Made by a program: the position numbers and the translations under genes. From the sequence record MH560358: a stretch of 64,000 nt of DNA. The stretch is one strand, 5' to 3'. The notes below the pieces were generated by a model that saw only the letters and a program-made list of their open reading frames with translations, was not told the origin of the DNA and made no database searches. This DNA is from Escherichia virus KFS-EC. Shown piece by piece: positions 53,545 to 63,739 of the stretch (positions are counted from its first letter, which is position 1; each line of letters starts with the position of its first letter).

Positions 53545-54225
53545 TCAACTATTTGTTTCGGCTTTTAATTGAGATATTTCTTTACACTCTTTAACTACTT
53601 TAACAAATAATGCTCTTGCTTTTGCGGCGTCAATAACAAGTAGTTTCTTGTACGCCTTCATTTTAACACTATAAGTTTGCCAAATCAAGTCTTTGGCTAC
53701 CTTGTCGTGTGCGTCGATTATATTTAGAAAGCTATCTAACAACATAAACGACTCAAACGATATAATCCGATTTTGCAGTAGTTTAAAGATACCGCTAGTT
53801 TCGGTTGCGGGATTGTATGTAATTAGCTCTTTAAGAGTAACCCCGCGTTTCTCTGAGAAGTATACCAGACTTTTAATGTCATCGTCAAATCGTGTTGCCG
53901 CATCAGTGATTTTACCGATGTACTCCATGTAAAACCCGTATGCGTCAACATCAGTGATTTCACCTACCCATGCATCGGTATTAGCTACCAGATTGCTTAG
54001 GAATAGGAAGTATAATTCTCTTAGATTGTACTTTTCCGCTAATTTTGCGAAATAATACTTATCTCTGCGTTTATTGAATGCGGCATTAGACAACCGCATC
54101 CTCCAATTGTATTTTACGCAATCATAACGCCCGTTCATATGAGCTTTCATCATGCAATATAACATATACACAGATTTAGCATTAATTCGCATATCTGGAT
54201 CTGGAGGAAGACGGTTTCTGATCAT
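53545..54225 (-). CDS. 59: Helicase loader gp59
   Basis: 226 aa; similarity to T4 gp59 (KSVYMLYCMMKAHMNGRYD, FLSNLVANTDAW). Confidence 0.9.
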   Translation of the reverse strand: MIRNRLPPDPDMRINAKSVYMLYCMMKAHMNGRYDCVKYNWRMRLSNAAFNKRRDKYYFAKLAEKYNLRELYFLFLSNLVANTDAWVGEITDVDAYGFYMEYIGKITDAATRFDDDIKSLVYFSEKRGVTLKELITYNPATETSGIFKLLQNRIISFESFMLLDSFLNIIDAHDKVAKDLIWQTYSVKMKAYKKLLVIDAAKARALFVKVVKECKEISQLKAETNS

Positions 54226-54234
54226 ACATACCCC

Positions 54235-54489
54235 TTAAATATCGAGAGTGTTGGTCGGTTCGTCGATCACTCCCTTCCTGAGCGTTCTATTTACTATACA
54301 TTCTTGTGTGATCTTGTCAATAATGGACACCGGAATATACTTCTGATAGTGACCATATTCGATAGAGTTTTCCTCTACAAACTGCGTTGTCGCTTCAAGA
54401 TAAGTCAATCCCTTTTCAACAACCAGTTTTTCGATTGCAAGACCGTTTGCTGTTTTGTTCGCGGCTTTTACCGCATGTTCATTAAGCAT
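54235..54489 (-). CDS. 33: Late transcription accessory protein gp33-like (by position)
   Basis: Small acidic protein between dsbA and 59 as in T4; start moved to ATG 5 nt after the dsbA stop; sequence not verified. Confidence 0.45.
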   Translation of the reverse strand: MLNEHAVKAANKTANGLAIEKLVVEKGLTYLEATTQFVEENSIEYGHYQKYIPVSIIDKITQECIVNRTLRKGVIDEPTNTLDI

Positions 54490-54757
54490 TGAACACCCGA
54501 TCATAGAGTTCTACCGCTTCGTCGCGTTCTGCTTCGAAGGTTTCTCGCTGTTGCTGGTGATACAGTTTAAACAGAATGCCCCACATTTTACCATCTACGC
54601 CTAATTCTTCTTTAGCACGCTGTTTGATCTCTTTGATCTTATCGCCATATGCTTCTTGAATGGTTTTCTGATCACTGGCTTCTTTAATCAGTTGTGCCAG
54701 GGTATTTCCGTGCACTGCTTCGTCAAATACTACTTTTTCTTTTTTCTGTTCAGTCAT
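54482..54757 (-). CDS. dsbA: dsDNA-binding protein DsbA
   Basis: 91 aa; FDEAVHG ... ELGVDGKMW ... ELYDRVF align with T4 DsbA. Confidence 0.8.
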   Translation of the reverse strand: MTEQKKEKVVFDEAVHGNTLAQLIKEASDQKTIQEAYGDKIKEIKQRAKEELGVDGKMWGILFKLYHQQQRETFEAERDEAVELYDRVFNA

Positions 54758-54761
54758 AATA

Positions 54762-55358
54762 TTAACCCTCTTTCGTCATTAATTGAAAACCACGTTCAGC
54801 TTTTGAAATTTCGCTAGGACTTAAATCGTCACCAACATATTCTAGCATCATTTCTCGGATAATGTCAAGTGCTTTTTCATCACCTGATTTTAACTCGAAC
54901 TCAAGTTCATAGTGAGCCTCTCCCATTCTTTCGCCGACTTTGCAATAATAGAAAGTGTCTTTGCACATTTCCACTATAGCACCCTCAAGGTCAAGTGTCA
55001 ATGACTTGCGGTATGTCATTACTTGAAGTAAAGGAACGATAAGGTCGGAGTTTACGCCTAGACTATCAACATAGTGATAGAAATCATCCGTTGTTGAAAA
55101 AGTAATTTCTTCTCGGTTGAAGAGTCCAGATTCACTATCACCTATTTTGACCATGATCAATGATCTATTAACGTCAAGTCGAGCATAAATTCCTTTTCGA
55201 CGTAGTGCATGATCTTCGGTATCATAATAAAATTCGTGTTTTAGAGTGTTAGCACGATCTACTAGATTGTACCCGTCATACATTGCTACCCACAAATCAC
55301 AGATTGTTTCGACGCCAATTTGTGAGTGTGCATAGTATTTTAATTCAAGTTCTTTCAT
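54762..55358 (-). CDS. CYTH-domain (triphosphate tunnel metalloenzyme-like) protein
   Basis: N-terminal ELELK (ExExK), FYYDTEDHALRRKGIYARL and C-terminal YELEFELK match the CYTH signature. Confidence 0.55.
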   Translation of the reverse strand: MKELELKYYAHSQIGVETICDLWVAMYDGYNLVDRANTLKHEFYYDTEDHALRRKGIYARLDVNRSLIMVKIGDSESGLFNREEITFSTTDDFYHYVDSLGVNSDLIVPLLQVMTYRKSLTLDLEGAIVEMCKDTFYYCKVGERMGEAHYELEFELKSGDEKALDIIREMMLEYVGDDLSPSEISKAERGFQLMTKEG

Positions 55359-55368
55359 ATGTCAACCC

Positions 55369-56316
55369 TTAGAACTCACCAATTTTCTGCAACATTTTAA
55401 CCAACGCATTTGTTACAAAATAGTTATAAATTTTACCGCGTGGTGCTGGTTTAGATTTTTCCCATGCTAACAAAATTTCATATTCGATGTTATCGGGAAT
55501 AAATTCGAAATCAATAAGTTCGCGGTTTTCGTCAAAGCGTCGTGCTTCTTCCTCTGTCATCAAAGACTTTGGATCTTCGGCATCGAAAATTTGCTCTAAC
55601 CATTTGGTTGCAATTGGTTTAGCCCTTTCTCCTTCCAGTCGTGAGATAATGAAATCACTACGGCACTTGATAGAAGCTACACCGTCTTTTGCGTCACCCT
55701 TAACACATTTTACCATAAGGTCTTTGTAAGGGCTACCATATTTGCATTTCTTCCACGCTTTCTGTACTGGCGCCCACTGTTTCACGTTTTTGTATTTGTG
55801 CAACTGTGTGTAGTCACCATCGCCTGAGTTGATCAGCACCTGGCGACCTTCGACAGAAAACTTTTTAGTTAATACAGCGATTATATCATCTGCTTCAACT
55901 TTGTCAACCTTAATAACGTGATAAGGCATGTTCTCTTTAAACTCTTCGGTGATCTTATTGATCGCAGCAAAGATCATCTCCCAATCACGCGGATCTGCGT
56001 CTCGTTTTTCCTTACGGTTGCGTTTATAGTAAGGGGCGATATCACGTCGCCAGTAACCTTTGCTTGAATCAAAAGCAAGTACCGTAATAGGGTATTGCTC
56101 TTTGAATTTTGTCATATTATAACGCATGGTGTCAAGGATAAGATGACGGATCATGCCTTCATTAATAGGATCTTCCGGTTTAAAGGTATGTGAGATAGTA
56201 GCAATCATAAGCTGCGACATATCAATCAAATGCACACCTTCCGGCAGTTTATCTTCTGGATCATCAAAGAAATCATTAAGTGTAGCGGTAGTTTTTGTAA
56301 ACGGGTTATACGTCAT
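55369..56316 (-). CDS. rnh: RNase H / 5'-3' flap endonuclease
   Basis: 315 aa; similarity to T4 RNase H (RHLILDT, GDGDYTQLHKY, GKIYNYFV). Confidence 0.9.
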   Translation of the reverse strand: MTYNPFTKTTATLNDFFDDPEDKLPEGVHLIDMSQLMIATISHTFKPEDPINEGMIRHLILDTMRYNMTKFKEQYPITVLAFDSSKGYWRRDIAPYYKRNRKEKRDADPRDWEMIFAAINKITEEFKENMPYHVIKVDKVEADDIIAVLTKKFSVEGRQVLINSGDGDYTQLHKYKNVKQWAPVQKAWKKCKYGSPYKDLMVKCVKGDAKDGVASIKCRSDFIISRLEGERAKPIATKWLEQIFDAEDPKSLMTEEEARRFDENRELIDFEFIPDNIEYEILLAWEKSKPAPRGKIYNYFVTNALVKMLQKIGEF

Positions 56317-56318
56317 AA

Positions 56319-56504
56319 TTAAGTTCTCTCCACTCTCACAACAACATATTCGCCAAACGAGTTAGATACTTCACGATCATACCCGTATTTCTCCATAACT
56401 CGCAGAATTGCATTGTTTAATTCGGCACGGAAATAATTGTAATCCTTATCTGGGATTCTGTCAACTATCCATTTTGCACCGTCTGACAAATCAACTTTAA
56501 CCAT
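56319..56504 (-). CDS. Hypothetical protein (61 aa)
   Basis: ATG ORF immediately upstream of rnh. Confidence 0.45.
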   Translation of the reverse strand: MVKVDLSDGAKWIVDRIPDKDYNYFRAELNNAILRVMEKYGYDREVSNSFGEYVVVRVERT

Positions 56505-56510
56505 AATATA

Positions 56511-57092
56511 TCATCCTCTTTTTGGAAAATTTAAATAAGCATACTCGCCAACTATTTCATGTGCTGCACGGTCATAAGCCTTAGCCGCCTCAACTTCTGT
56601 CTCAAAGTATCCTAGATGTATATTCTTTCGATTGATAACAATATACGCCTTCCACGGCTTTTTCTTGCTTGGTGATAATGATACACCTTTATATTTGCTA
56701 TGGCAAGCCTTTTTCTTTGAGACGTTAAACTGATTTTGCTGTTCGGTTGCTTCTCTCATGTTTGACGGTCTATTGTTAGTTTTGTCTTGGTCTATGTGAT
56801 CTATTCGTTCAACCTGAGTACCATACTCTAAAAACCAGACAACTCTATGTACAAACAGATTAAGTTTATGACCATTGTTGTAAAATGTAAAGTATAAATA
56901 TCCTTCTTTATGGAGACATACCCTTACCACATCACCTTTTTTGTATATGGACCCTTCTTTTCGGAATCCAGCAGCTACAGAATCCTTTAAATGGTATAAT
57001 ATTCCATCGACATGATAGAATCTACCTTTTATCGCTTTCTGTGTCTCGATATCCCAAAATTTTGTTTTTGCCACAACAAACACCACACACAA
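56511..57092 (-). CDS. HNH-AP2 homing endonuclease
   Basis: HNH_3 segment (HRVVWF...IDHIDQDKTNNRPSNM) followed by AP2-like DNA-binding segment (YKGVS...KPWKAYIVINRKNIHLGYFETEVEAAKAYDRAA). Confidence 0.7.
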   Translation of the reverse strand: MCVVFVVAKTKFWDIETQKAIKGRFYHVDGILYHLKDSVAAGFRKEGSIYKKGDVVRVCLHKEGYLYFTFYNNGHKLNLFVHRVVWFLEYGTQVERIDHIDQDKTNNRPSNMREATEQQNQFNVSKKKACHSKYKGVSLSPSKKKPWKAYIVINRKNIHLGYFETEVEAAKAYDRAAHEIVGEYAYLNFPKRG

Positions 57093-57126
57093 TAAATAAT
57101 TTCATATTATAACAGGAGACCCAATA

Positions 57127-60100
57127 ATGGCAGATTTTTCTCAACATTTCAAGGCCACCTTTGGCTTTGACGCTGGTAATGAAAAGGTCGTCAATGTAGC
57201 ATACGCAGATAAAAACACATCAACGGATGCGGTCAACGTTGAATTTTTCAATTACCATAATGGTATTACTCAGTATGACACAACTCGCGGTTATGATCAA
57301 TACGGAACTACAATCTATCAAAACCGTCCGTATTATGCAAAAGAAGATATCACAAAGCCAGCAGGTGATTTTGACCCGACTAAATGGCAAGCACTGCGCA
57401 CGGACCCACGTTGGGATTATATTGCAGCAACTTCCGGTGATACTCCTTTAAAGTCTGGTGATTATATCGCAGCAGATGGTCAATTTGCAAACTTGACTTT
57501 CTCGATGCCAACTAAACCAGCAGAGGGAGACACTATAACAGTAAAAGATATCGGTGGCAAGTGTGGTGTTAACGAATTATCGTTCTTGAGTTCAGGACAT
57601 GAGTTTTACCATAACGGTAATGTGTATAACCGAAAATGGTATTGCACTACCCCGTATGCAATGAACTATTTCATCTTTGTTCGGAATCGTTGGCATGTTT
57701 ATCAGACGGGAACAGAGCCGCGCGGTGTGTACGCACAGCCAGCGATTGATGCTATTCAAATGCAGAATGGTGATCAGGTATTTCGTCGTAGTTCGTTGGG
57801 TAATATTACCTTAGTGCTTCCTAAGTTTGCCAACAATGGCGACATGATCCAGACTACAGACCTTGACGGATTAACCGCAACCAACCACGTTACGGTTAAA
57901 GTTCATGAGCACGCAGAAGAACAATCAATTGGCACGTCCGGTCTAAAAGAGATTATTGGTAAGCGTAGCGGTCATGGTGTATTCATCTTTGACAAGACGG
58001 AAAACTTATGGCGTTTGTGGGATGGTGATCAGTCTGTTCGTCTTAAACCGATCATCGATGACACTCGCTTGCAACCTAATAGCTATGTTGCTGTATTTGG
58101 TGGTCGTGATGTTACTCTGACGCTGCCAACCAATGTCGAGCCGGGTGATCGTATTCAAGTTTCTATGCAGTATATGCACGGAAACCAGAATTGCCGTATT
58201 ATCACCCCCACAGAGGATACAAAAATCCTTATGCCGAAAAACATGGTTCAGTTTCCGAAGCGTAGCGAGTACCCATTCAACGGGACCGACACATGGAAGG
58301 AAGTGTCTGAATTGTCGTTCAATGCGGCTAGTGATTATGTACCTTATCTGGAGTTCTCTTATTCAGAAGGTGATGATGGTAAGAAATACTGGTTGGTGGC
58401 ACACGCTCATCCGATCGTAGAACGAGTAGATCCGACTCGTAAAGCGCGTGTCGGTGTAATTGCACTGGCTACCCAGACTGAAACGAATAAAAACCATGAA
58501 GAGAATCCTAGCGACGAAGTTGCAGTAACACCAAAAATGCTGGCTAATAAAACAGCCAACGAAACTCGACGCGGTATTGCTCGCATTGCGACTCAAGCGG
58601 AAACGCATCAAGATACTGGTTCCAACTTCATGGATGATGTTATCGTTACGCCTAAAAAGTTAAATGACTGTGTTGCTACCGAAGCCCGTCGTGGTGTGAT
58701 GGAAATTGCAACCCAGCACGAAACCAATGAAGGTTTAGACGATACCCGCGCTATTACTCCTAAGAAATTAGAAGAACGTCGCGCTTCCGAAGATTTAGCT
58801 GGTATTGCTGAAATTGTTCAGGCTGGCGGTAGTGCTGCCGCTCGACGTGGCGAAGCTGGTACAGGGATCTATAACATCAACGACCATGCTAAAATTGTTA
58901 CTCCACAAAACATCAACGAAGTCAAGGCGACAGAAACTTCCCGTGGTGTTGGCTATCTGGCAACTGACGCGGAAGTGCAAGGGGCTACAGAATCAACCCC
59001 GCAAGATGCTTTACTAATCACGACTCGCACGCTAACGAAACGTACTGCTACCGAATCGCGCACTGGTATCGCTGAAATTGCAACCCAGGAAGAAACAAAC
59101 TTAGGTCAAAGTGATAACCATATCATCACGCCTAAAAAGCTGCATACTCGCCGCGCAACGGAAACTTTACATGGTTTAGCAGAAATTGCAACTCAGCCGG
59201 AATTTGATGCAGGTCTTGATGATGCTCGCATTTCTACCCCATTGAAGATTAAAACCTTCTTTGAGAATGCACAGCGTTTGAAAGTAGATCCGACTCAGGG
59301 GCTTAACCTTACTGGTGATTTGTGGCAAGGTATCATGATCAGCGGTCTGGATGCAACCGAAGACACAAAAGGTGTCGCTAAAGTTGCTACTACTCAGCTT
59401 ACGGATGCTGGTCAAGATGATACTACAATCATCACGCCTAAAAAGCTGCAAGGCAAAAAAGCCACCGAAGGTAAAGAAGGTATTATCCGCGTTGGTACTC
59501 AAGACGAAACCGTCGCTGGTACTATGGACAATGTAGCAATTTCGCCTAAAAACTTCAAATATGTTGTTCAGACAGAAGAAACATGGCAAGCAACGGAAGC
59601 CCGTCGCGGATTCCTGAAAGTAGCAACACAAGAAAACTGTTTTGTTGGTGATAATCTGCAAGGTTCTACTCAAGAGCTTGATGAATATCAGCATGATGGG
59701 ATTGCGGTAACTCCGAAAGGATTAAACTACGCACTTGCTAATTTCTTACCTAAAATGGCAACCGCTCAGAATAGTTTGAAATTGGGTAACGTAGAGGCCG
59801 CTAAATGGGCGCGTAGAGACATTGACCAGACCATTGAGAGCAATTACACGTTTAATAAAAACGTTAACTTGAAGGGCGATTTAGAGTGCTTAAAATCCGG
59901 TTCCTTTGAAACTCTGTTTGTGACTAAGAACTCGACTGACGATCCGAGTAATGGTCATCTGGTATTGGGTGAGCGTGGAGTTGACGGTCACACCGGAATT
60001 ACTCTGCATGGCACAACCTTGTCAGAAGGTATGGAAAACTCATGGTCTATTATCGTTGGTGGTACTGGAACGGCGCAAGCAGTTAATAGTGATGCTATCG

Positions 60101-60867
60101 CTTTCTGTAAGATTGACGATTCTGGATCTGTTGAGCATTATGCCTTTGCTATGGAACGTGACGGCGATGCGTTAGCATATAGAGACTTCATAGCAGGTCG
60201 TAACCTGTATGCGAAACAAGGCGGTTTATATATTGTAGACCACGCCAATCCGGCAATGACTCGCTCTACAGACGGTATGTTGAATATCGGTCACGGTGGA
60301 AGTGTTAACATCAAAGCCGGTTATCAGAATCTGACTACAGAGATCGCAGGACAGAAATACCAGATCGTTCACGCAGGAAACGCAGACGAAGTTCTCGACC
60401 GTCAGTTTGTCAAGAATGCTGGCGATACGATGACCGGAAAGCTGATTATGGATAATGCGCCTATTGTTTCTGTTAAGCATGAGGCTATCGCGGCAACCGC
60501 TCCGGCAATCGGTAACATCGGTTTCTGGAACATGCGAGTAACTACCCAAAACATCAAAGAAACCTATCCAGAGAAGAAAAACGGCACATTGATGCAATGG
60601 GGTACTGATGAAAACGGCCTTACCCAAATCTGGTCGCCTGATGGTACTCATAAGCATTATATCCGTTCCGGTACAGATGGTCAATGGACCGCATGGGGCG
60701 AAATTTACACCAAACAGAACAAGCCTACCGCTCAGGAAATCGGGGCAGTTGTTGCCGAAGGTGGATTGATGAACTCTATGACGGTTCGTGACTGGATCAA
60801 GGTTGGTAATGTTAAAATTATTGCCAATAATCTGACTCGTACCGTAGATTTTATCTGGGAAGACTAA
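57127..60867 (+). CDS. 34: Long tail fibre proximal subunit gp34
   Basis: 1246 aa; N-terminus similar to T4 gp34 (PTRGY, RALRTD); position after rnh. Confidence 0.85.
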   Translation: MADFSQHFKATFGFDAGNEKVVNVAYADKNTSTDAVNVEFFNYHNGITQYDTTRGYDQYGTTIYQNRPYYAKEDITKPAGDFDPTKWQALRTDPRWDYIAATSGDTPLKSGDYIAADGQFANLTFSMPTKPAEGDTITVKDIGGKCGVNELSFLSSGHEFYHNGNVYNRKWYCTTPYAMNYFIFVRNRWHVYQTGTEPRGVYAQPAIDAIQMQNGDQVFRRSSLGNITLVLPKFANNGDMIQTTDLDGLTATNHVTVKVHEHAEEQSIGTSGLKEIIGKRSGHGVFIFDKTENLWRLWDGDQSVRLKPIIDDTRLQPNSYVAVFGGRDVTLTLPTNVEPGDRIQVSMQYMHGNQNCRIITPTEDTKILMPKNMVQFPKRSEYPFNGTDTWKEVSELSFNAASDYVPYLEFSYSEGDDGKKYWLVAHAHPIVERVDPTRKARVGVIALATQTETNKNHEENPSDEVAVTPKMLANKTANETRRGIARIATQAETHQDTGSNFMDDVIVTPKKLNDCVATEARRGVMEIATQHETNEGLDDTRAITPKKLEERRASEDLAGIAEIVQAGGSAAARRGEAGTGIYNINDHAKIVTPQNINEVKATETSRGVGYLATDAEVQGATESTPQDALLITTRTLTKRTATESRTGIAEIATQEETNLGQSDNHIITPKKLHTRRATETLHGLAEIATQPEFDAGLDDARISTPLKIKTFFENAQRLKVDPTQGLNLTGDLWQGIMISGLDATEDTKGVAKVATTQLTDAGQDDTTIITPKKLQGKKATEGKEGIIRVGTQDETVAGTMDNVAISPKNFKYVVQTEETWQATEARRGFLKVATQENCFVGDNLQGSTQELDEYQHDGIAVTPKGLNYALANFLPKMATAQNSLKLGNVEAAKWARRDIDQTIESNYTFNKNVNLKGDLECLKSGSFETLFVTKNSTDDPSNGHLVLGERGVDGHTGITLHGTTLSEGMENSWSIIVGGTGTAQAVNSDAIAFCKIDDSGSVEHYAFAMERDGDALAYRDFIAGRNLYAKQGGLYIVDHANPAMTRSTDGMLNIGHGGSVNIKAGYQNLTTEIAGQKYQIVHAGNADEVLDRQFVKNAGDTMTGKLIMDNAPIVSVKHEAIAATAPAIGNIGFWNMRVTTQNIKETYPEKKNGTLMQWGTDENGLTQIWSPDGTHKHYIRSGTDGQWTAWGEIYTKQNKPTAQEIGAVVAEGGLMNSMTVRDWIKVGNVKIIANNLTRTVDFIWED

Positions 60868-60900
60868 TTAAAGGGGGCGAAAGCCCCCTATGGGGTTATT

Positions 60901-62040
60901 ATGACACAAGAGATAGAATTACGCAATACTGGAATTAAGTTTGCGCATTTCGACGAAGACTCCGCGACATTTACAAGCATTTCAGAAAACAACTCTGTGA
61001 TGTATAAGCTGGAAGTGCGCGGATCTAATGCGGATTCTTCCAAACCAGCAAGGATTAGATTTAATGGAGTGGAGATCGTCGGGACTGGCTATGAAACTGG
61101 CCTAAATTTTAAAGTTCTTACTCCAACTGGAAAACTACACGAAGAAAAGGTATTCTATGGTCGCGGTGCTGTTTTGGCAATGCGTGATTATCTTTCTTTG
61201 TTGAAAGGTGACTATATCATTGCGATGGCAACGCATGGAGAATTGTTTGCAGATCCGATAAGTGATGTTGTATTTTCTAAGATGGGATCTGTATCATTCC
61301 CGAATCACATTTTGTTACAGCAAATTCCTCGTGTATCCTATGCAGCAATTTATTCTACTAAAATGGGTAAAATTGTGTGCGAAGGGATGCAAGCAACGCA
61401 CGGAGAAGGTCAAGATTCGTCTATACAAATTGAGAAGGTTTATGATACTATAGATGATCTTGCGGTCACAGGAACACCACAACGATTTTTAGATTATCCG
61501 GTTGAGTATGTTAGCGAAGATGCCGAACATTTCGAGCTAATACAATGGCCTCATGATGAGATCAGCGCACCACTTGAATATTTTAACATAAAGGCAGGTG
61601 ACAAACTATCAATATCCTTTGAATTGTTCCGTGATAGTGCCGCAGCCGCAGCCAACGTAACAGCGCGTTTCTATCACAACTACTTCACTGATGGACAATA
61701 TCAAACTGGCGTTCGTTATAATGCCAGCCAGAAAGATCAATGGGAAAAGTTTGAAGCCGTCTATACCGTACCGGAAGGAGTTGATAGTGTTGCCACTGGT
61801 TGTATCAGATATCCAACCAACTCAAATGAAGGTATTGTTAAAATTAGAAACATACTAATAACGCCGATCAGTGGAGTCGTCAAAACTACTGGTCCTACTT
61901 CATTTGGTGTTAATGGTGTTAGAACAACTCATATTCAGGATAACGGTGATTTTACTAACCCTGTAATGAGTCTTCTTAAACTGCCTAGAGATAATAAACA
62001 CATCACATCCAACAACTTTAAAGAGTTCGATGTTGATTAA
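60901..62040 (+). CDS. 35: Long tail fibre hinge connector gp35
   Basis: 379 aa between 34 and 36 (T4 gp35 is 372 aa); assigned by synteny. Confidence 0.7.
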   Translation: MTQEIELRNTGIKFAHFDEDSATFTSISENNSVMYKLEVRGSNADSSKPARIRFNGVEIVGTGYETGLNFKVLTPTGKLHEEKVFYGRGAVLAMRDYLSLLKGDYIIAMATHGELFADPISDVVFSKMGSVSFPNHILLQQIPRVSYAAIYSTKMGKIVCEGMQATHGEGQDSSIQIEKVYDTIDDLAVTGTPQRFLDYPVEYVSEDAEHFELIQWPHDEISAPLEYFNIKAGDKLSISFELFRDSAAAAANVTARFYHNYFTDGQYQTGVRYNASQKDQWEKFEAVYTVPEGVDSVATGCIRYPTNSNEGIVKIRNILITPISGVVKTTGPTSFGVNGVRTTHIQDNGDFTNPVMSLLKLPRDNKHITSNNFKEFDVD

Positions 62041-62051
62041 CATTTTTAACA

Positions 62052-62080
62052 AGCCGATCCTCGTGGTCGGCTTTATTTTT
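62052..62080 (+). terminator. Rho-independent terminator after gene 35
   Basis: AGCCGAtCC-tcg-GGTCGGCT hairpin followed by TTATTTTT. Confidence 0.55.
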
Positions 62081-62202
62081 ATACAGTTGGTTAAAACATA
62101 ACCAAAACGAAGAAAGATCTTTAGAATAATAGAAAATTTGTTTCGGTTAAAAAATAGTCAGTGCCTACGGCACGTCGCGAAGCGATATTTTGTTAACATT
62201 CT

Positions 62203-62210
62203 ATAAATAC
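62203..62210 (+). promoter_or_regulatory. T4-type late promoter (TATAAATA) upstream of gene 36
   Basis: Exact TATAAATA about 32 nt upstream of the gp36 ATG. Confidence 0.65.
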
Positions 62211-62242
62211 TCGGAACTATAACTAATTTTTGAGGTTACTTT

Positions 62243-63733
62243 ATGGCAGATTTGAAACATGGATCTACTGTAGGCGGATCTCCCATTTGGACGCAAGGAA
62301 ACTTGACGATCCAGCCAGCGGGGGATCAGCTTTTCTACAAAGGTCATAAAATCTATACCGCTTTTGATAAACCTTCGGCTGCCGATTTTGATGCTGTTAG
62401 TGCTAAAGACGGTGGCACATTTCAAAAGCAGGTCCATTTTGAGGAAGGTTTAAGCGTCGGTAGTGCATCGGCTGGAGAAACCAAAAAGAACGGGATCTTT
62501 AAAGGAAATAGTGATGCGGCTAACTTTGATGGTGTAAGTTGGGGTTTCCATTCGTGGAAATCTATTGGTTTTGTTAATGCTCGTGATGATGTTATCATGG
62601 CTTATATTGACACTACCACAGGTGATTTTAAAACTAAAGGGACTATCGAAGGGACAACCATTAAAGACACAGGTCAACGCGTCTATAGCCCTGTTAATAA
62701 ACCAACGAATAATGATTTAGATTTGGTGTCTCGTCGCGGTGATACCCTCACAGGAACATATAATTTAAACACTGTCACTGTTAAACTATCGGTTGATTCG
62801 AAATTAATTGCAAGGGAACGTGATTTAATTAATTTTGATGCGACTAAGATCTATTATGGTAACGTTCTTGATACGTTGGTCTTCCGAAGTAAAGATGAGC
62901 CTACCATTTTTGTTAATGGCAGAGAAGGTCGTTTTTATCACACCAACAATAAACCAACTAAAGCCGATGTTGGGCTAGGCAATGTCACCAATGATGCACA
63001 GGTTAAACGTGCTGGTGATATTATGGAAGGTAACTTGCAAGCGCCTAGAATGTTGGCGACAAACGATCCGGCTGGTCCTAATGAATTGGTTCGTTTGAGC
63101 TACTTTGAGAGAAAATCAATGGTAGCAAATCCAACCATCATAGGAAACGTTGATTGGAACACTCTTATTAATCGCGGTATCTATCGTGTGGAAAATGCTG
63201 GGTCAGGTACTAATAAACCGTCTGATAGCTATTATAACGGCGTTTTGATGGTATATCGCCCAGAAGATGCGGTCGGTACTCGTCGAATTGTTCAGGTGTA
63301 TTATCCTGAATCTATTGACCATCCGATGTGCTGGCGTTCGTGTTCTAATGAATCATGGACTGCATGGAACTATGTAGATCACCGTAAATTGGCTGATATT
63401 CGCTATGTTAACGTAACTGGAGATACCATGACAGGACCGTTAACTGTTCCGGCTGCAAACGGTGTTAGCACAGCTAGAGGTGCATATAATGGTGATAACT
63501 ACTATGCTGGGTTAAATAGTGCCGATGGCACGGCTATGATTCACCGTATCAGCGATATTAAAGCCACTGAAAAATTGGGTATTACACATGATTCGAAAGC
63601 TGTTTTCGTTAAATCGCGTGGAAATACTCAAGCCACCGACCGCTATGAACTTTACCACGAAGGGCATAAACCTACCCCTGCCGAAGTTGGCGCGGTTCCG
63701 CTCAATGCGGTAATTGATTTTGGTACTTTCTAA
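62243..63733 (+). CDS. 36: Long tail fibre distal connector gp36 (extended, 496 aa)
   Basis: N-terminus MADLKHGSTVGGSPIWTQGN matches T4 gp36, but the protein is more than twice the T4 length. Confidence 0.75.
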   Translation: MADLKHGSTVGGSPIWTQGNLTIQPAGDQLFYKGHKIYTAFDKPSAADFDAVSAKDGGTFQKQVHFEEGLSVGSASAGETKKNGIFKGNSDAANFDGVSWGFHSWKSIGFVNARDDVIMAYIDTTTGDFKTKGTIEGTTIKDTGQRVYSPVNKPTNNDLDLVSRRGDTLTGTYNLNTVTVKLSVDSKLIARERDLINFDATKIYYGNVLDTLVFRSKDEPTIFVNGREGRFYHTNNKPTKADVGLGNVTNDAQVKRAGDIMEGNLQAPRMLATNDPAGPNELVRLSYFERKSMVANPTIIGNVDWNTLINRGIYRVENAGSGTNKPSDSYYNGVLMVYRPEDAVGTRRIVQVYYPESIDHPMCWRSCSNESWTAWNYVDHRKLADIRYVNVTGDTMTGPLTVPAANGVSTARGAYNGDNYYAGLNSADGTAMIHRISDIKATEKLGITHDSKAVFVKSRGNTQATDRYELYHEGHKPTPAEVGAVPLNAVIDFGTF

Positions 63734-63739
63734 TATTAG

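Noticed and set aside
62201-62437. Minus-strand 78 aa ORF overlapping the gene 36 start and late promoter
   Set aside because: Overlaps the promoter and 5' end of a well-supported late gene; no ribosome binding site; likely spurious.
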